Source of the DNA: Phoronis australis
Taxonomy: Eukaryota > Animalia > Phoronida
Direction: 5' to 3'
NCBI GenBank assembly: GCA_002633005.1
Contig: NMRA01000375.1
Span: forward strand, 39,106-103,105
DNA: 64,000 bases
The notes below the pieces were generated by a model. That model saw nothing but the letters and a program-made list of their open reading frames with translations, did no database searches and was not told where the DNA came from. Shown here piece by piece: positions 12,479 through 27,667 of this stretch (positions are counted from its first letter, which is position 1; every line of letters begins with the position of its first letter). The position numbers were made by a program, and so were the translations under genes.

Positions 12479-14034
12479 AATCTTGTTTGTTATGACATCG
12501 AGTGGGTTTTATGAATATACACCCAGATAGGTGTCATACTTACTTGTACATGAGAAATCTCTACCCACAATACGCACTACAAGAAATTATATTTAGGTTA
12601 ACGTATGGGAAAGGGAAATTAGCATGGAAGCGCCATGATCGAACAACATGTAAAAAATCACGAAAAGCAAATGCCGATCTAAATTTGAAGGAAGCGATGC
12701 AATGTCCTATAATTACAGAAATAGTCGTTCTTATTCGTGCTGACCTTTGTGTTACTGTAAGTCTCTAAGTGTGGAGCGCTGCCAAGAAAACTGTGGCATC
12801 TCCACTTGATCGCATAGGGAAATTACTAAACAGGATAGGCCTGCTTGTTGCCATTTTTGTAACGATAGCACTCCACTACCCAGAGATTAATCTATAATAA
12901 GCCACTTTTCATTTAAATACAAAAATAAACGAGTTTGCAGCATTTTGCATACGAGATTGCAATGATTTCCAGCTTCCGTGACAATACCACTGTTTATCTG
13001 TAGAACTGCTTTGCCTCGTTTACTTGGAAAAAGTATTTGCTCTGCTGTTGTCGGATTTAGATAGTACATTTCAAACTATTTTGTAAGCAACAGACGAAGC
13101 ACAGTGGTCCGTTATATTGTCGCGCCTCCATACTGATTTTTATTTGACGATGTATAGCCGTACAGCAGCGTTCGCTGTCTTGTTGCTTCCACGTCACTTT
13201 ACCATGGCTAACTGTTGTAATAGGCGGGACTTTTTATAGGCGCTTTCTGGAGTAATAAGATCACAAAACGACCTCCGCTTGCTCCCGACTCAGATTCGAT
13301 GGACAGAAATTCAATTACTACATAGCGGTTCATTAATTTAAAAACAGAGGAATAAAACCCGCTGCCAGACCATCTCAGTGTTTGATTAGGCTAATTTGTG
13401 TTAGGTTTTCTTCCGCTTTATCAGTCACAGCAATTCTTCCGCTTCATCGCAGCCACTGAATTCCCATCCCCAGTTTTTTCTTTGTGGTGGGAAATCAAAG
13501 GAACATGATGACCTTCAAATATGAATTTTTCAAGAGGTTTGTCTTGTAGCATGAGCTATTAGTATACCCCCACAGCACAGCAGTGTTTTAAAAAACGCTG
13601 TTTATTCCATTAGGTCGAACCTCCCGCCGGCATTACATGGGATCTGTAGGTGGCGCTGAACGCCAGTCCACCAAGACCTGATCGCCGTCTGGCAAGATAT
13701 TGAATTTCAATATGGGACGCTGTTTCGAAAATCAGACATTAAAGTTTCACTAAATTTACAAACAACATGACACCAACGACAACAGGAGTAGTATGACAAC
13801 AATAATCGAAATGGTAACTATAGTTACTAATCTGTGATTAATGTTAAAGCGGCAATTAGCTCACGTACCGTCAAAGAATCGAAATTTTGATTTAAACCAC
13901 TTTCCGCAGCAAAATCGGTCTCAACTTGTTTCTTACTCAGATGAGAAGTGGATTTAGATCTTGCAAAGAACTGCTAGTTCGTTATTCTTCGAGACCACGT
14001 ACGGAGAATAAAAGAAACGTCTTGACAAGTCAAC

Positions 14035-14190
14035 CTGTAGAGCCTGATATCAAGCAAACTATCAGTTGTAGAGCCTGATATCAAGTGAACTGTCAGCTGT
14101 AGAGCCTGATATCAAGCGAACTGTCAGCTGTAGAGCCTGATATCAAGCGAACTGTCAGCTGTAGAGCCTGATATCAAGCGAACTGTCAGC
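14035..14190. repeat. 31-bp tandem repeat x5 inside a TTAA MITE
   Basis: Unit ctgtagagcctgatatcaagcgaactgtcag; no spacers. Confidence 0.95.
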
Positions 14191-17100
14191 TCTTTCCAAG
14201 CTCATAAATCACACACATTTTTACTAAAGAACGATTTGAGACCAATTTCGTAACAGTAAGTGTTTTTTGTGACAGATGCGGGTTTATACCCACTTCGACA
14301 TTTTACGTTCATAAATCTCTCCAAATGTAAAACTTTGAAACATTTTCCAACATAGTACATTTCCATGGAAACACGCCGAGGCAACATCCGGGACCTCCCA
14401 CTACGTTAAATTTCGATGAATCTATGCAAAGACAATCTTACATGTTAGAGCCATGTGGATGATGCGCAATACGCGTACGGATACTTACATGTACGATACG
14501 CGTCAATCGATGCATTTATCGTTTTGTTTTTTTAAGTGTTGTAGACATTTTGTGATAACTCAGTGAGTACGATGATTATTTATATTAACATGGTTGAACA
14601 GATTTAAGTTGACATTCAAGAACTATCGCATATGTGCGTAGTTAGGCTTATACGCCAATACCGGAAATGAAGCGTTTGTATACAGGCACATGCGCCTAAG
14701 TCACTTATAGGCGCAGTTAAATTACCTTTGTATCGGCGCATGCCTTCGTGTGTATACATGTACTCGCGAAGACTTGGACAAAAGCGCAAAATCTTGCCCC
14801 TGCGCAAAATTTTTAGGTGACTTGATTTGACAGCACAATTGCCATTATGTTAGGCTTACTTGCGAAGTGCAGTGACAAAGTGTTGCAAAATCGATTTTAA
14901 CGTTTTCATATTTGTAAAGCGTGATCAAAACCAGTACTTTGCTAACAAGAAAGTTTTAGAATGAAATCAAAGAAAATTTCAATTAACTTTTCCAGTAAAA
15001 ATAGAAAATGCATACATTTCTCAACTGAAAAACAAAGTAAGCATTTAAAGTTAGGCTGCAAACTAAATAAGTGAACATGCAATACGTTCAGGCGTATCAT
15101 GAGAGCCAATACGTCATTCCCAAGATTCTTCACTTGCATTCCAAGTCACATGTATTTCGAAATATTTAAAGGCGCATTATCGGGGAGAAAAGTAGTAGAA
15201 CCTGGAACCCTCGCGGTCGCAGCCTTACGTTTAGCTAAACTGCTAAAATACCACTTGATAAATGGGTATTTTACTCGTGTTTAACTTGATTTCTTCGAAT
15301 GTCTGGTAGACATCGTTGTGAACCGGCGATTAGAAGTAAAATCACAATACAACTCATTTTGTTGTTTTATAGCTCTGGTCAAAACTAATAAATTCAAAAA
15401 TTCAATCCATTCAACAATAGTCCCAAAATGTGTTTTCCGACAGTAAAGGTGATAACGTCTCTTTAAAAAATTTGATCACTCGAAATTGGGGCCGAATATC
15501 AGCCTCATTCCCATCTCAAAATATTTAAAAATTACGAGAAATTCCCCTCATCAAGTCAAAAATCCCTCCCCCTGAACAACCAAAAAATCCCCTCATGCTT
15601 CTAACCTCAGACAACGTCAAAATATCGCGTATTCAGGCCACCAGACACCAGAAACGTCACAAACTAGTTTTCTTGTAAAACAAGTGACACATACAGGAGT
15701 GCTAAAACCAGATAGGGTAGGCAAGAGTTTTTCCATTAAAATTTCAAACCCTTTACTAAAGGAACTATGATTGTGAACATACTTAAATATGTGTCTGGAC
15801 CCCTCCAGCAGCGCACTGGCAACACAGAGTGCATGAAGTCTTACGCAAGAAATGGAACAAACGCGACCATGGTCCCCAAGTTTAGGCAGAAAACCAACGC
15901 CTGTAGAGTAACGTCATAATGGTGGCCACGCTCTTTATTCTATAGCAGCTCTTTCACTTTTTTCGTTTAAACAAGAGTTTAACGGGTCTAAACGCTAGCA
16001 CTAATACAGAGAAAAAATATCAATGATGCAGTTTCCACATGCGGTTTATGCGGAAATACAAACAGACTTTGCTTTGAATCGAATATAAACAATAGCTTTT
16101 ACGGCAACGGAAACTTTACAACCTCATCGTTAGGTTTCATCAGTTTAATGAAATGGGAGAGTAAGAATAAAACAACACTAGTCAGAAATTTTCTTTATCA
16201 GACATAGCAAAGAAACACGCACGTTGGTAAAGTTACTTTTTCTGGACTTGTTGTGATTTCGGTCGTGAAAACGTTTCAATAAATACCTGCAAAAGCATAA
16301 ACAGGTGTTATGCAGGTTCGCTAGCCATATCATAGTTTAATGTTTAGTTTGCAACCTAAAACAAGATGCCGTCGTGTTGTACTACTACAGACTGGCGGTG
16401 GGTCACAACGATATTTCACTTATATAGGGAAGGTATATGGAACGTGCCGCTCAGGGGAGGGGGTGATTTTTTCACTGCCTGGGTTCCCACTAAAAGGTTC
16501 CCTAAAACGGCAAAACTACAAAAAGCCGTTAGAATAATACAGCCCGACGATTTTTTGTTCAATTTTAATTCAATAAATAAGATTTATGTAGGTTCTAAAA
16601 GCCTCTTGCAAAAGGGTTGAGTTGGGAAAAAAACGTACAAAAGGGCTACTTTTCCATAGAAGTTCACAACAAATATGGGTCCCTTTTAAACAAGTTTATT
16701 AGCTCAAAATGTTGGTACCCTAATTTCCCAGAGGCAGGCACCCCGTCAAAAACATAATTGACTCCTCGAGTAAATTCTAGTTAATATACAAATAGAGAAT
16801 AAAGTCGCATATGCAATCACGGGTCTACAGAGGGCGCCAGAGGTTCCGGGCTCTTTCTGCAACATCAGGCGTGCGTTCAGTAGACAGTAGGACCTACGCT
16901 AGGACCTAGCTAAAACCTAGTCTAAGTCACGTGTTCTCATTTAAAATGCACGGCAATATCTCACGTAATCTCGCGAAGTCTTGCTTTTTAGCGAGGTCCT
17001 AGCGTAACTGAACGGGAGGCAGTTTCATATTGCAGTAATGCATTTCCGCCTAGTAGGACAAAAAAGCATAGTTAGCTCTGTTATGTGGAATTTGTTTTAT

Positions 17101-20100
17101 TTTTTACTCATCGATTGACAAATCAAGGCTTTCCACCCTCGCATACGTGCCTTTGTGCAGCTTTTCAAAAAACAATGAGAGTTTCGGTGAAAATGATGTG
17201 GGCTGACGTTTTCTTACCGACTTCGCCGTTAATTGTCTCGGACCCGCGTCTGCGTGCCTGATCACAAGCAACAACTACAAGACTCTTCGCGAAATAAAAA
17301 GCAACGTGGATTTTTGTCCCACCTCCCTTAAGGAAATGCTTCCAACCTGTTACTGCACAGCGCGCATAGAACTCAGTTTGTAAGGCCTCGTGCAGTTTTC
17401 AAAGCTATAGACCTCAGACGCGGTTCACACTAGGTGGCGATTTTGTCTCACTTCCAGCGATCACTATTAGTCTGAAAGGAGGGCACACACAACAGTGAAC
17501 ATTTTTACAACGCTGACAACACTGGGAGTCTATCGACAAATTTAAGACCTTAACTTTTATTTTGTAGGCGAATTAGTCCTTCTTTCGTTAAAAAAACAAT
17601 TGAGCTGAGATAGTCGATCACATCCTACAACAAAATTAACCTCCATTCTTCCTTATTAGATGTAAGAACTGTAGCACAACTTACCATTTTTACTATGGTG
17701 CCAAGAGGGTTTCCCTAGCACAGCAAATCCTACCTATTTCTGGTGTTAATTCTAAAACAGAGTCTAGTTTTGTTTTGTTGTTTTTTCTTGACACAAGCCT
17801 GTAATTCGTACCTCGATAGGAAACATTGTGACGAATGAAAACAGCCTTTGGCTGTTATCACGTATATATCAAACGACAGAACGCAAATTGATAATGGAAA
17901 GCACTAACGTATATCATTTATCGCATAAATCACTAAAAAGATCAAGGATTTTAAGACTTGTTTCAGCGAATGGTCCCTATGATCAATGTTATTTTATGGC
18001 ATCTGAAATTAGATCGGAAAACTTTCGTCCAGACATTTGACCTGTAATGTAGAATTGGACCTACGCTATTGTGCTTCGTGTTAGTTTGGGGAAAGTAATT
18101 TGATTTAAAACTGTGATTTGATTCATTTACCCAACTATTAAAGTCAGATAGAAGTCTTTTATCCATTGTGGTCGCCATTTATCCTAATGCTAGCCAGATG
18201 GTGACTGTACAACACTATTTTGCGATTCGGTTTGTAAATGGCCCTCAGGTGTAACGACCTAAGTCGTCGACGCACTCGTCGGCCGTGACCCTGGCTTATT
18301 CTCATTCACTGGAAACTGACATCTTTACGGATAGCGCGTGAACTTTGAGCAATAAGTTGGGAGTAGTCACTACTATGTAAAAATTCCTGATGTTCAAAGA
18401 CGATATTTCATAGGAAATTATGACGCTGGTGTGTTGAAAATCCGTATGCAGTTAAGTTTGCAAGTTGTACTTACCTAGGTTGCCAGTGAGAAAGCAAACT
18501 AGATGTGACGAAAACAAAAAGGCACGAATTGTTGTACTCGGAACACATCGGGTGTTTTCCTTGCCTCGGATAACTTGGCGTTGCGAAAATACCGGAGGTA
18601 TGTGTTCCCATTGGTGTTTCCACAAATCTTTGCACGAGGACGTTCGCGACAACTTTTCGAAGTTTCGAAAAATTCATTACGGAGACGAGTCGCTAATTAG
18701 CGAAGGGCAACGTTTCAGTGGACAAAAACTAGTGCCAACGTACTTGATCACCAAAAATGTAGAAGGGATAAAATTCCCAGAAAAAAATCTGCGACAGAGA
18801 TTCAGATATTGTTGATGATACCTGATAGAAAAAAAAACGATGGCTAAAGTGTCCAATAGATAGATACTTCAAATGATGAGCCCTCACTTGAAATTGGGTC
18901 AAGGGCCGGAAAACCCACAGAACGTGTCCATGCCCCAGTGTGAACAAATACCCTTACAATAACACGAAGATGATAAAATATACTTTCGTAACGAGCCCTT
19001 CAATCAAACAGGAATTGTTTAAAATTTGACTACGTACTTTACGAACTATCTTCAGTCCATTTTGTTCCAAATGACGGAAGAAATAACAAAATGTTCAGTA
19101 CAAGATTTAACGGAATTTTTATCGTTTTTGACGGCCGTAGAAAGCATTTTTGATGTTAGGTGGGATAGACTTCTTGAAGTCATTAGCCATAAAACAACAA
19201 AATCCGCTTTGTTTTTGTGATTCCATTACAAATCACAAATTCTCGCCGTTGTCCCACTGCCAGACATTCGCTGAAATCAAAGAACGTCTTTACGATACAA
19301 AGATGCAATACTCTGGGTGGGATTTGGTTCAGCTGCATAGTGTTAGGTTGCGACTACGGACATTTCAGGTTCAATACTACGCAAAAGCCACACTTCGAGT
19401 GGCTGATTTTGACCTTAACTCTGATCTGGGTAAATGAAAGCCCTTGTTTGCACCTGAAAATGACATGAAAGACAAAAAGCACACACGATGGGGTTTCTCA
19501 AAGATGAAGAAATTCAACAAAGCCATACCTTTTTACCTTGCCGTAAAAATTGACATTGCAAAAATGACCCAAAAATAGCGATTTTGGCTCCTTTGTACCT
19601 AAAATCACAAATTCACGACTGCTGCGGTGCAAGAGAGTAGATAAGAAACCGAATGCTCTTTCAATCTAGATTCCAGAAATTTAGATTAAAATATGTTACT
19701 ACCAACCAGATTTTTTGACAATTTTCGTTTTTCTGAAGGGTTACTGGATTCGTACCAAAAATTCAACACTCAACAAGGATCTGTTCTGAAAATGGCGGAA
19801 CTTCTGTATCCGGGCAGACAAGAGCAGAGGCCAATCGAAACAATTTCAAGGAACTGCCTTTCCTGGCAATCACTCCCCATTTACTCCCCAAAATTGCCGT
19901 CAAACCTGGCCCACCCCATTTTCTTCATGACTGGGGGACCTACAAAGGCTTGAACCGTGGCCTCAGACCTACCGCGCAGCGTTTCAAACTATGACGATAA
20001 TGTCTCAACAGCGGATTTCGTGATGCGCTTCTGTAACAAACATTTAACCCGCAAGATGCGTTGTGGTTTTGTTCAATTAATGGTAGGAAATCAGCAGTTT

Positions 20101-23100
20101 TCAACAGGACACACAGTTGTCGTTGAATTTATTAGAGTCTTGGAAAACACTCTCTAGCATTACCATTACTTCCAGTCATGCACGAAATCCAATTATCTAT
20201 TACAATAATTTTAGGTACACTGAGCGCTGTTCAGGTAACGTGATTATTACCTTGGGACATCCCGTTTCACCATTGGCGAGTAACTAATATTTGATTTAAG
20301 TTTACAATCTTCGCAAAAATCGGTTCTTGAAATAAAGGTAAATTAAAACTTCTCGTTTTTAAGGTTATACAGCGGCCAGTGTGATTTTTGGCTTAATTCT
20401 AACTTTACTTTACTTTGAAGTTGACTATTTTTTGAGCTTCAATGTTTAAAGAAAAAAGCGTTCACCCGCATAACATTCTATATTTTTATTTCAAAAGCGA
20501 TAAGCAAACGTAAGATTTTTCATGGCTTTGCAGTGACTTATCGACAACTACGCCTGTTATGCCTTAATTGGTTGAGAACGGGTTTCCAAAGGCATAGTGA
20601 TGCGATCTCAAGATGAGCAGTAAGTCCCCTCCCCCCAATTCCTCTTTTTGCTGATGTTTTGGAAAGTTTGGGAAGTAGTATACACTACCAAATTCTGAAA
20701 AAGTGTTAGTTTGCGATTGGTAATCCATCAACACTGACAAAGTTGTGTTTGGGAACTCGAGTTTGAAAACAAAAAGTTTACCGGAACAGCCGGTGAGTAT
20801 CATAAGTCCGCCACAGGCCGCGTTCGGGCGTCAGTCAGCCGTGTTTGTGCCTTGATCAATTAAGTTTATCTGGTCCGTTAGCCGAATTTATAGGTGAAGC
20901 AATTGTGTTGATGATGAGTGCAGCAGCAGTGTTCTTCGGGTATCCTGCTTTTGGCGCACTAAACGGTCCCCTTAATTTGAAGTTGTGAATAGTTAAGCCT
21001 TTGAAAGCGCGCCTAGTCTGGTTTTCACGTATAAACCTAAGTGGTTTAGTGCCACCCTGTATTCAACCGGTTTCGTCCAAACATCGAAATAAATAGGACA
21101 ACTTCTGTAGATGTCCAAGTAGCAATAACAATCGACAATTCGCTTGCATACTTTATCGCGGACGCATGATCTTGTAAACTTCTAAAATACAAACTCATCC
21201 TAAATCGCAGAGAAAATTTGGTCGCACTAAATGGAAAGTACTATAAAATGAAAGCGCTGAGGGGAGCCATGTTGCCACTTGTAGTCACCGGATAGTGATG
21301 AGGTTATAAAAAGCTGGCCCAACTTGAAAGACATCTGTTGAATACAACATGCGTCCTATATCTAAATTCGTTGAAAGTCCATGGATTCATTACCTGTCTG
21401 CGGAACACGTTGAAAACGTTGTTTCGGGATTGGCTCTGAGAAGGTGAGAGCGTTTAGTTGGCAACTCGTACTTCACATATCTACGAATTTATAGTTAAGG
21501 GTCAGTCACACCGTTCTTTAAATAGAAATAATAATCACCCAATTGACCAAAATAACATGTCGCTTGATATATCTAAACACGCTGTGTCATCGTGTATGGT
21601 CTGTTGGTCAGTTAGTTTCTAACAGGTCGACATTTAAGTGTCCTAGCTAAGTAACAGCACAACCAGCTTATACAAGACTACATGCATCGTTTCTCCTACT
21701 TGCTTACCAAATGAACAGTGTTCCACGTTCCTGAGGCGGCCCAATGCCTTTGAGGAAGAACGCGTGGGCCACGAGTTTTGAAGTGGGTGAGAATATGACA
21801 CGAGGAGGGCAAAACAAGAGGTCTGACTGACAAGACGTCAAGGGTTTAGGGGGCACATCCTGTTGTTAAAGGCAACATGTTGCATGTGGCGTCGTTGGCA
21901 GCACTGCCTGCATTATCCCAGATGTTATAACATGAGAGAACAGTCACCTATATCCGTCAAACGCCTCTGGACACCCACACATTGAGCCTCATGACACAGC
22001 GAGGCAAGATTGCCCAGTCGGTTGCCCCGGCCGTCCACAACAAACCACTTACCGTTGTGAATGGACTGTCAGTATACATAAGTGTTTCACCTTCAGACTT
22101 CAACAGTTTATAATCAGAGTAATGGCTATAGCAGACCCGGCTCCCACACAAAACATCAGCTCATCTCGCAGTCCCCGTGCCGTCTGACCAAGTTCGGGTA
22201 AACACTACAAGGCCAAGTCCAAATTCTCGTGGTTTGTACAACTTGTATTCGTCAGATGCTCGTCGTGATTGGCCGGCCTGCGGCTCACGTAGTCAGACGT
22301 AACATGTGTTCTAGTGAAACTGAATACAGCAGTGAGTGTGCGAGCCTGGGGCCTAATCAGCCGATTGTCTTACATTTCCGCGGCACCGCCGGTGTTCTAA
22401 AATTCGTACAGGTAATTAATGTCAGGTGGAATATAGTGTGAACCCCAGCATCTGATTTGAAATACCTGGCGGCGTAGTAAATACACAGAACATTTTCAGT
22501 ATTCCATTTGCAGTCGATACATATAAAAAGTACACGTAGTTTGTAACATCCAGGCATTAGTTTTTTAGCATTGCTAGCAGAGACAGAAATAATTTTACCT
22601 GATTCAGAATCCATAGAACAATGACACTTCTAGTGTACTTTCGGTAACATCATGTTAGAATAAAATTAGCATAGTTAAAATTTAAAAAGACTCACCAAGG
22701 AACTCCCTGACTTTTGTCAATATTTCTTTCACGTACGTACAATACAGTACATTCGTCGGAAAGTGCTTCTGGTTTTCATGGAATGTATGTTTTATCTGTA
22801 ACATCGAATTTCAGCATCGACAATTGAAGAGGCACTTACTACGAAACTCCTCCACAAAATAATATCCACGTCCTCTTTGAACAGTTGAATTATTCAAACT
22901 ATGTAAAAATTCTGGCACTGAGAGTGCCTATACATCCCATTTCCTTCACAAAAAACTTTTGATTTTGACTACTAATCGTGATGAATTTGGTCTTAAATTG
23001 CTCCTTAGTTAAATGGGAGATGATTTTAGTGCTTCGAAAGTACCGTAGGAAACACGGCTACTCAAGTTGGTTTATCGCGGCGTGTCGTTTTATGCACCGA

Positions 23101-24916
23101 ACATGGTTCTGAGGAAAAAAGAAATGACAGTTCTTTACAACACCACATAAATCTCAGTAAGAAACAAGTCGAGACCGTTTTACAGTAATATTTAAAAACA
23201 ACAATTCGCTTCTTGATACGGAACGGAGGTTTATAGCCGCTTTAAGACATTATTTATTGTGTTGTGAATAACATCGCAAATATATGTAATAACATTCAAT
23301 GTACGCTGGCACCTGTTTCGCTAAGGATTGTAAATTGAATCAAAAGGGAACAGAATAGCGAGAGCTGCACTGGTATAATGCATTCATTATCACCTCTAAC
23401 ATTAATAATATTTTCATTTACTTTTACTCCATCGTCATTGCTAAACGCATTCCAAATTTCGCTTATAATCCAAACAACAAAGCATTGAAAGATGTAAGAA
23501 AATACATTGGTACCTTTTTATTATGTTTTCAAATAAATCGATGTTTTTCTTACAGCCAAAATCAGAACGTGCGTCTTGATGAAAATCAAGGTGAAACAAT
23601 GGGAGAGAAATTTGTTTTTGACATCTGCCCCAAGACGGATTCGAGCTCAAGACCTGTGCGGTAGCAGTACCACGTTTTCGTAACAAAATTAAAGTTTTTA
23701 AAGCTTATTCAACTGACAAAGATACCAGCGTTGTGTTCAGCGAATGACTGGCAGCCGACGGCGAGAATTGATGATTTGCAAGTAAAATCACAGTCACACA
23801 ACGGACTTTATTGTCTTATTGCGCTGGCCAATTCTAATAAATACGATTATCATGGCTTAAAAATGCGTTTTCGGACGTAGAATCGATCATGTCCCTTTAA
23901 ATCAAACGCTTTTGCTAACAAAAATTACACACAGTGTTGCGCAATTCGCTCAATCCCAGTGATGCAATTTAACAGCCCTCATCAATACCGGTTTGTATGC
24001 AGTTGTATCAAGAACAGGCCATGTCGTCTTCCACTAACATCCGGAACAGCGGGGTGTATTCCTCGGTGGTTGTACCTCGGACTACTATATTTTATAGTCC
24101 GTGGTTTTATGCAGAGCACGTCTCACTCAATACGATACTGGGCGATCGCCGTCACGTTCGCTCTTTCCTCCCAAAATGGGTTGGAATCCGTGTAAAATCC
24201 ACAGGTACATTTCCTTACTCTGCTTACTCCCAGAGTTGTGAGAAAACATTAAGGCGCCATTGGATTCTCCCAACAGCTTACCGACGAATAACAAATTGTC
24301 GCAGACTTTAGCAGGCAATAGTTTCAGTTGCAGGTCCGAAACCCTTATTATCATTGAACGCTTCTTTGAATTTGACTAAGAGGAATGTTCAGTTAATCCA
24401 AGGCAGAAAAGTGGTAAAGAATTGAGATTACCTTATAATTAGTTTATTGTTTACACATGTGTCGCTGTCGCTTACTGTTAGAAACATGGGTACCTTTTGT
24501 GAGTCTATGGTCGTTCCACAATCTTGTGCAAATTATCCACTATGCTCCGCCGTGCCTTAAGTAAAAGAAAACCACAGTACTCAACACGTGTTTTGTGTTT
24601 TGTTGTAGAAGGTGCTATCAGCTGTACTATAGTCGCACGCTGCACCGTCTGGATAGACCTAAACGTGATCCCGAAAGTGGGTCGGCCTGTGCCAAACCCA
24701 ATCTGATCACATAGGCCATTTTGCGGAAAGAACCTCCGAAATAAGCCACTGGCTTAATTAAAGAATTAAGCCCAAAAAATATCACGTCGTGTAAAAATTT
24801 ATTGAAGGTTTAAGCCGATGTAGATTGTGGCTCAAAAGCGAAGATATTGCCACTGTTTGGCGAAAGGTCACTTCTTTGTCGCTCACATTATTGTTGAGAA
24901 TGTAGAATTTTATTTC

Positions 24917-25148
24917 CAGAGGCGGATCTACAGGGGGGGTTCAGGGGGTTTAAACCCCCACCCAGGATCAAAAATAAAAATTGGAAAAAAAATCGCTAGA
25001 AAAACGAAATTAGCTACTAAAAATCCCAAAAAATCTTACACGGGAGGAGGGAAACCCTCTCGCGACCTTCCTTCTCCTCGGCGCTACGCGCCTCGGATTC
25101 TCTCGAATCCTAACCCCCCCCCTTACTGAAATCGTAGATCTGCCACTG
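24917..25148. mobile_element. MITE with CAG(A/T)GGCGGATCTAC TIRs and 5-bp TSD
   Basis: cagaggcggatctac ... gtagatctgccactg, flanked by atttc on both sides. Confidence 0.8.
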
Positions 25149-27601
25149 ATTTCGGCTTATTTGCAGGGCCGTAAGATGCGTACAAGGGGGTCACGTATCC
25201 AAAAAAATTGCAGGAATTGGGGGCCAAAGACTTCAGTGGTTACGACTGTCAGCGGCCCCTTTCTAGTAAAGGTTAGTGGAATCAACAGCAGCACTTTTCA
25301 TTGTTTTGACAGTATGTCCGCGACGGACTGGAGCACTGACAAAACAGTAATTGTCGCTCATTTCCTGTTTTCGAAATTACATGACGTCCTTTCATATTTA
25401 AGGACCCCTCTCGGAGCTAGGGATCCCCCCATGGTGGCATTCACAGCTGCCATTTTCTAATGTCCAATTTAGGCCGAAAACATAGTTGGTTCTGGAGTCT
25501 AATTATTGTACACGAAATGGAACTTGAAAATACATTTGGCATTTGCAGTTTACTTTTGGGCGAACTCCAGGTAGGTGTTAATTAATTCTGCTGTCGAGTA
25601 CATTATGCTTTATGCATGTGAGTGTGTATTAGAAGTTCACACGTGGTGTCTCCTAGACTTCCGAGCTAGAAAGTCGAGTAAAAACTCAAGATTTCTAGTA
25701 ACGAGCTCGAAATATAGAGTTCATACTCGAACTTTCCGTGAACAAGTACAAACTGGGATGAGATAATTATCGCCTTGAGTCATTGTGTACTCGAGTACAG
25801 AATAATAGATAGTTATCTCGAGTTCGCACAAAAATAAATTAGAAAATAGCAAAAATAAATTCAGATTTTGAGTACAGATATTAGACCCCGGGCCACGGTC
25901 TCTTTTTTGAAAAACGAGTCAAGCCAAAATTATATTTGTTTTTTACTCATCGCTTGGCAAATCATGGCGTTTCAACCCTTACTTACCCTTGCTTACGTGC
26001 CTTTAAAAACACGACCACTTGGTTGAAATTGATGCGGGTGGGTGTTTTTATGTTTTAGCTTGTGAAGGCAGGTAGCAAAATGAGTCTGGGTAGAGAACAG
26101 ATCCATCTATGTTGTGGTCTTATATCCTACCCCGGCCAACCCGCGATCGAGAACGACCGGAAGGCGATCGAGAACGAAATTTGGCGCGAGAAGAGAAGCC
26201 AGGCATGGTGAGTAAATTTGATGAATTTTCGCGTTTTTTTACTTCCAATGTGAAAACAGAGACATGACTTCAAGGCGTAACTCATTTAGGAAGGTCACGT
26301 AGAGGTTTAGGCTAGTGTCTCTCCCAATTCTAGGAGAAAAGTTACGTTGACCGAGGCATCGCTTAAGCCGAAGGTGATTTGAATGTCATTTTGGCAAATT
26401 TCCGTTATTTTTGGCACTAAATCAATAAACTGACCATGGATTTATGAAGAAATGAAGTGTGAAAATGTAACGCAACGCTGTTTTTTTTTGTAGTTTTGTC
26501 AGGATCTCTGATATTTCGACGATTTTCTGTTGAAAGATGCTATCGAGAACGCAACGATAAGCGATCGGGAACGCAAATTTGTGTTGTTTATGCGATCGGG
26601 AACGCATTGTGGTGTGTCGAACAGTAATGAACTTTTTACTTATAAAACGTTAAAAAGGTTACAAAATAAGTGTGGTGCAATGATTTAATCACATTTTGTG
26701 TCGTTACTGTGTTTTTTTTTCGTATCAAAACTGAACAACAACATAGCATATTTCAATTAAATTGTCATGAGCACTACATGTGCATCAAGCATAATTCAAG
26801 TTTAGTTTCACAAACGAATTTATTCTCATTATAGGAAACAAGTTCACTGGCGAGCTTCAACGAACATGTTACCCACGACGTGAAGGTACACCTGACCAGG
26901 GTTTTGAAAAGTACAGGCCAGGCATCTACTTTTAGACCAAACCACTGAGAACAAGGGTTTCTAAACTGAAGACTCATCCAGGAGTTGTTCCATGTGGCCT
27001 GTCAGCCTGTTGCAGCACCGAGATGAAAGCGCGTGTAGAATCTTCTTGTAAAATTGCGACAGCAAAAGGAAAAAAACAAATAGCCAGTGAAGTCAAAGAA
27101 TGATGATGAGCTTGCCCATGGGGAGAGAGGGGAGAGCGGCAACCCTTCACGAGATGATTCAAAGATTCTCACTCATAAACGTCTGGGATCAAAAAATTGG
27201 CCAGAAGTTATGTAAACTGGTGTGCTCATAAAACGGATGGGATTTTTCTTGATTTTTTACTGATAACATCGATACAGAGATGAACAGATTGACTTGTGGC
27301 ACCGTGTGCCTTTAATGTACGTTGTGTTTGACTCTTCTGTTTTGTAGTATTGGTCCTAAGTTCACCTGCATCATCAGTTCATGATCTCGAATTTAATATC
27401 ACATTGAAAAAGATTGAGCGTTATAATACTACAGTGGCGGATCTAGGATATCATAAGGAGGGGCAACATTTTGTCCGGCTGTAAGCATTAGCGCAAACCA
27501 CGATTATAGATGCGTATAGCACCGAATTATTCCTGAAGTATTATCCAAGAAAAAAAGGCAAAATAAACCACTGAGAACGTGTCAAACAGGAAAAACCGTA
27601 C

Positions 27602-27667
27602 GTACCACAGACTTGAACTCACGACCTGGCGGATACAAAGCGCGTGCTTTACCACTAAACCATCACG
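27602..27667 (-). mobile_element. tRNA-derived SINE head
   Basis: Minus strand TGGTTTAGTGG (A box) and GAGTTCAAGTC (B box) at tRNA spacing; cloverleaf not intact. Confidence 0.6.

Noticed and set aside
14035-14190. 31-bp (and 39-bp at 3016-3241) repeats as CRISPR-like arrays
   Set aside because: Head-to-tail with no unique spacers; no cas genes; eukaryotic context.
18475-18680. Candidate 5' UTR exon of the collagen gene (minus-strand AG|gtaagt)
   Set aside because: Only a donor signal; equally plausible alternatives exist near 22695 and around TATA-like sites at ~20890 and ~24090. Cannot choose without transcripts.
21740-21850. RTE-like LINE relic (TRGGQNKR)
   Set aside because: Single short motif, too decayed to support.
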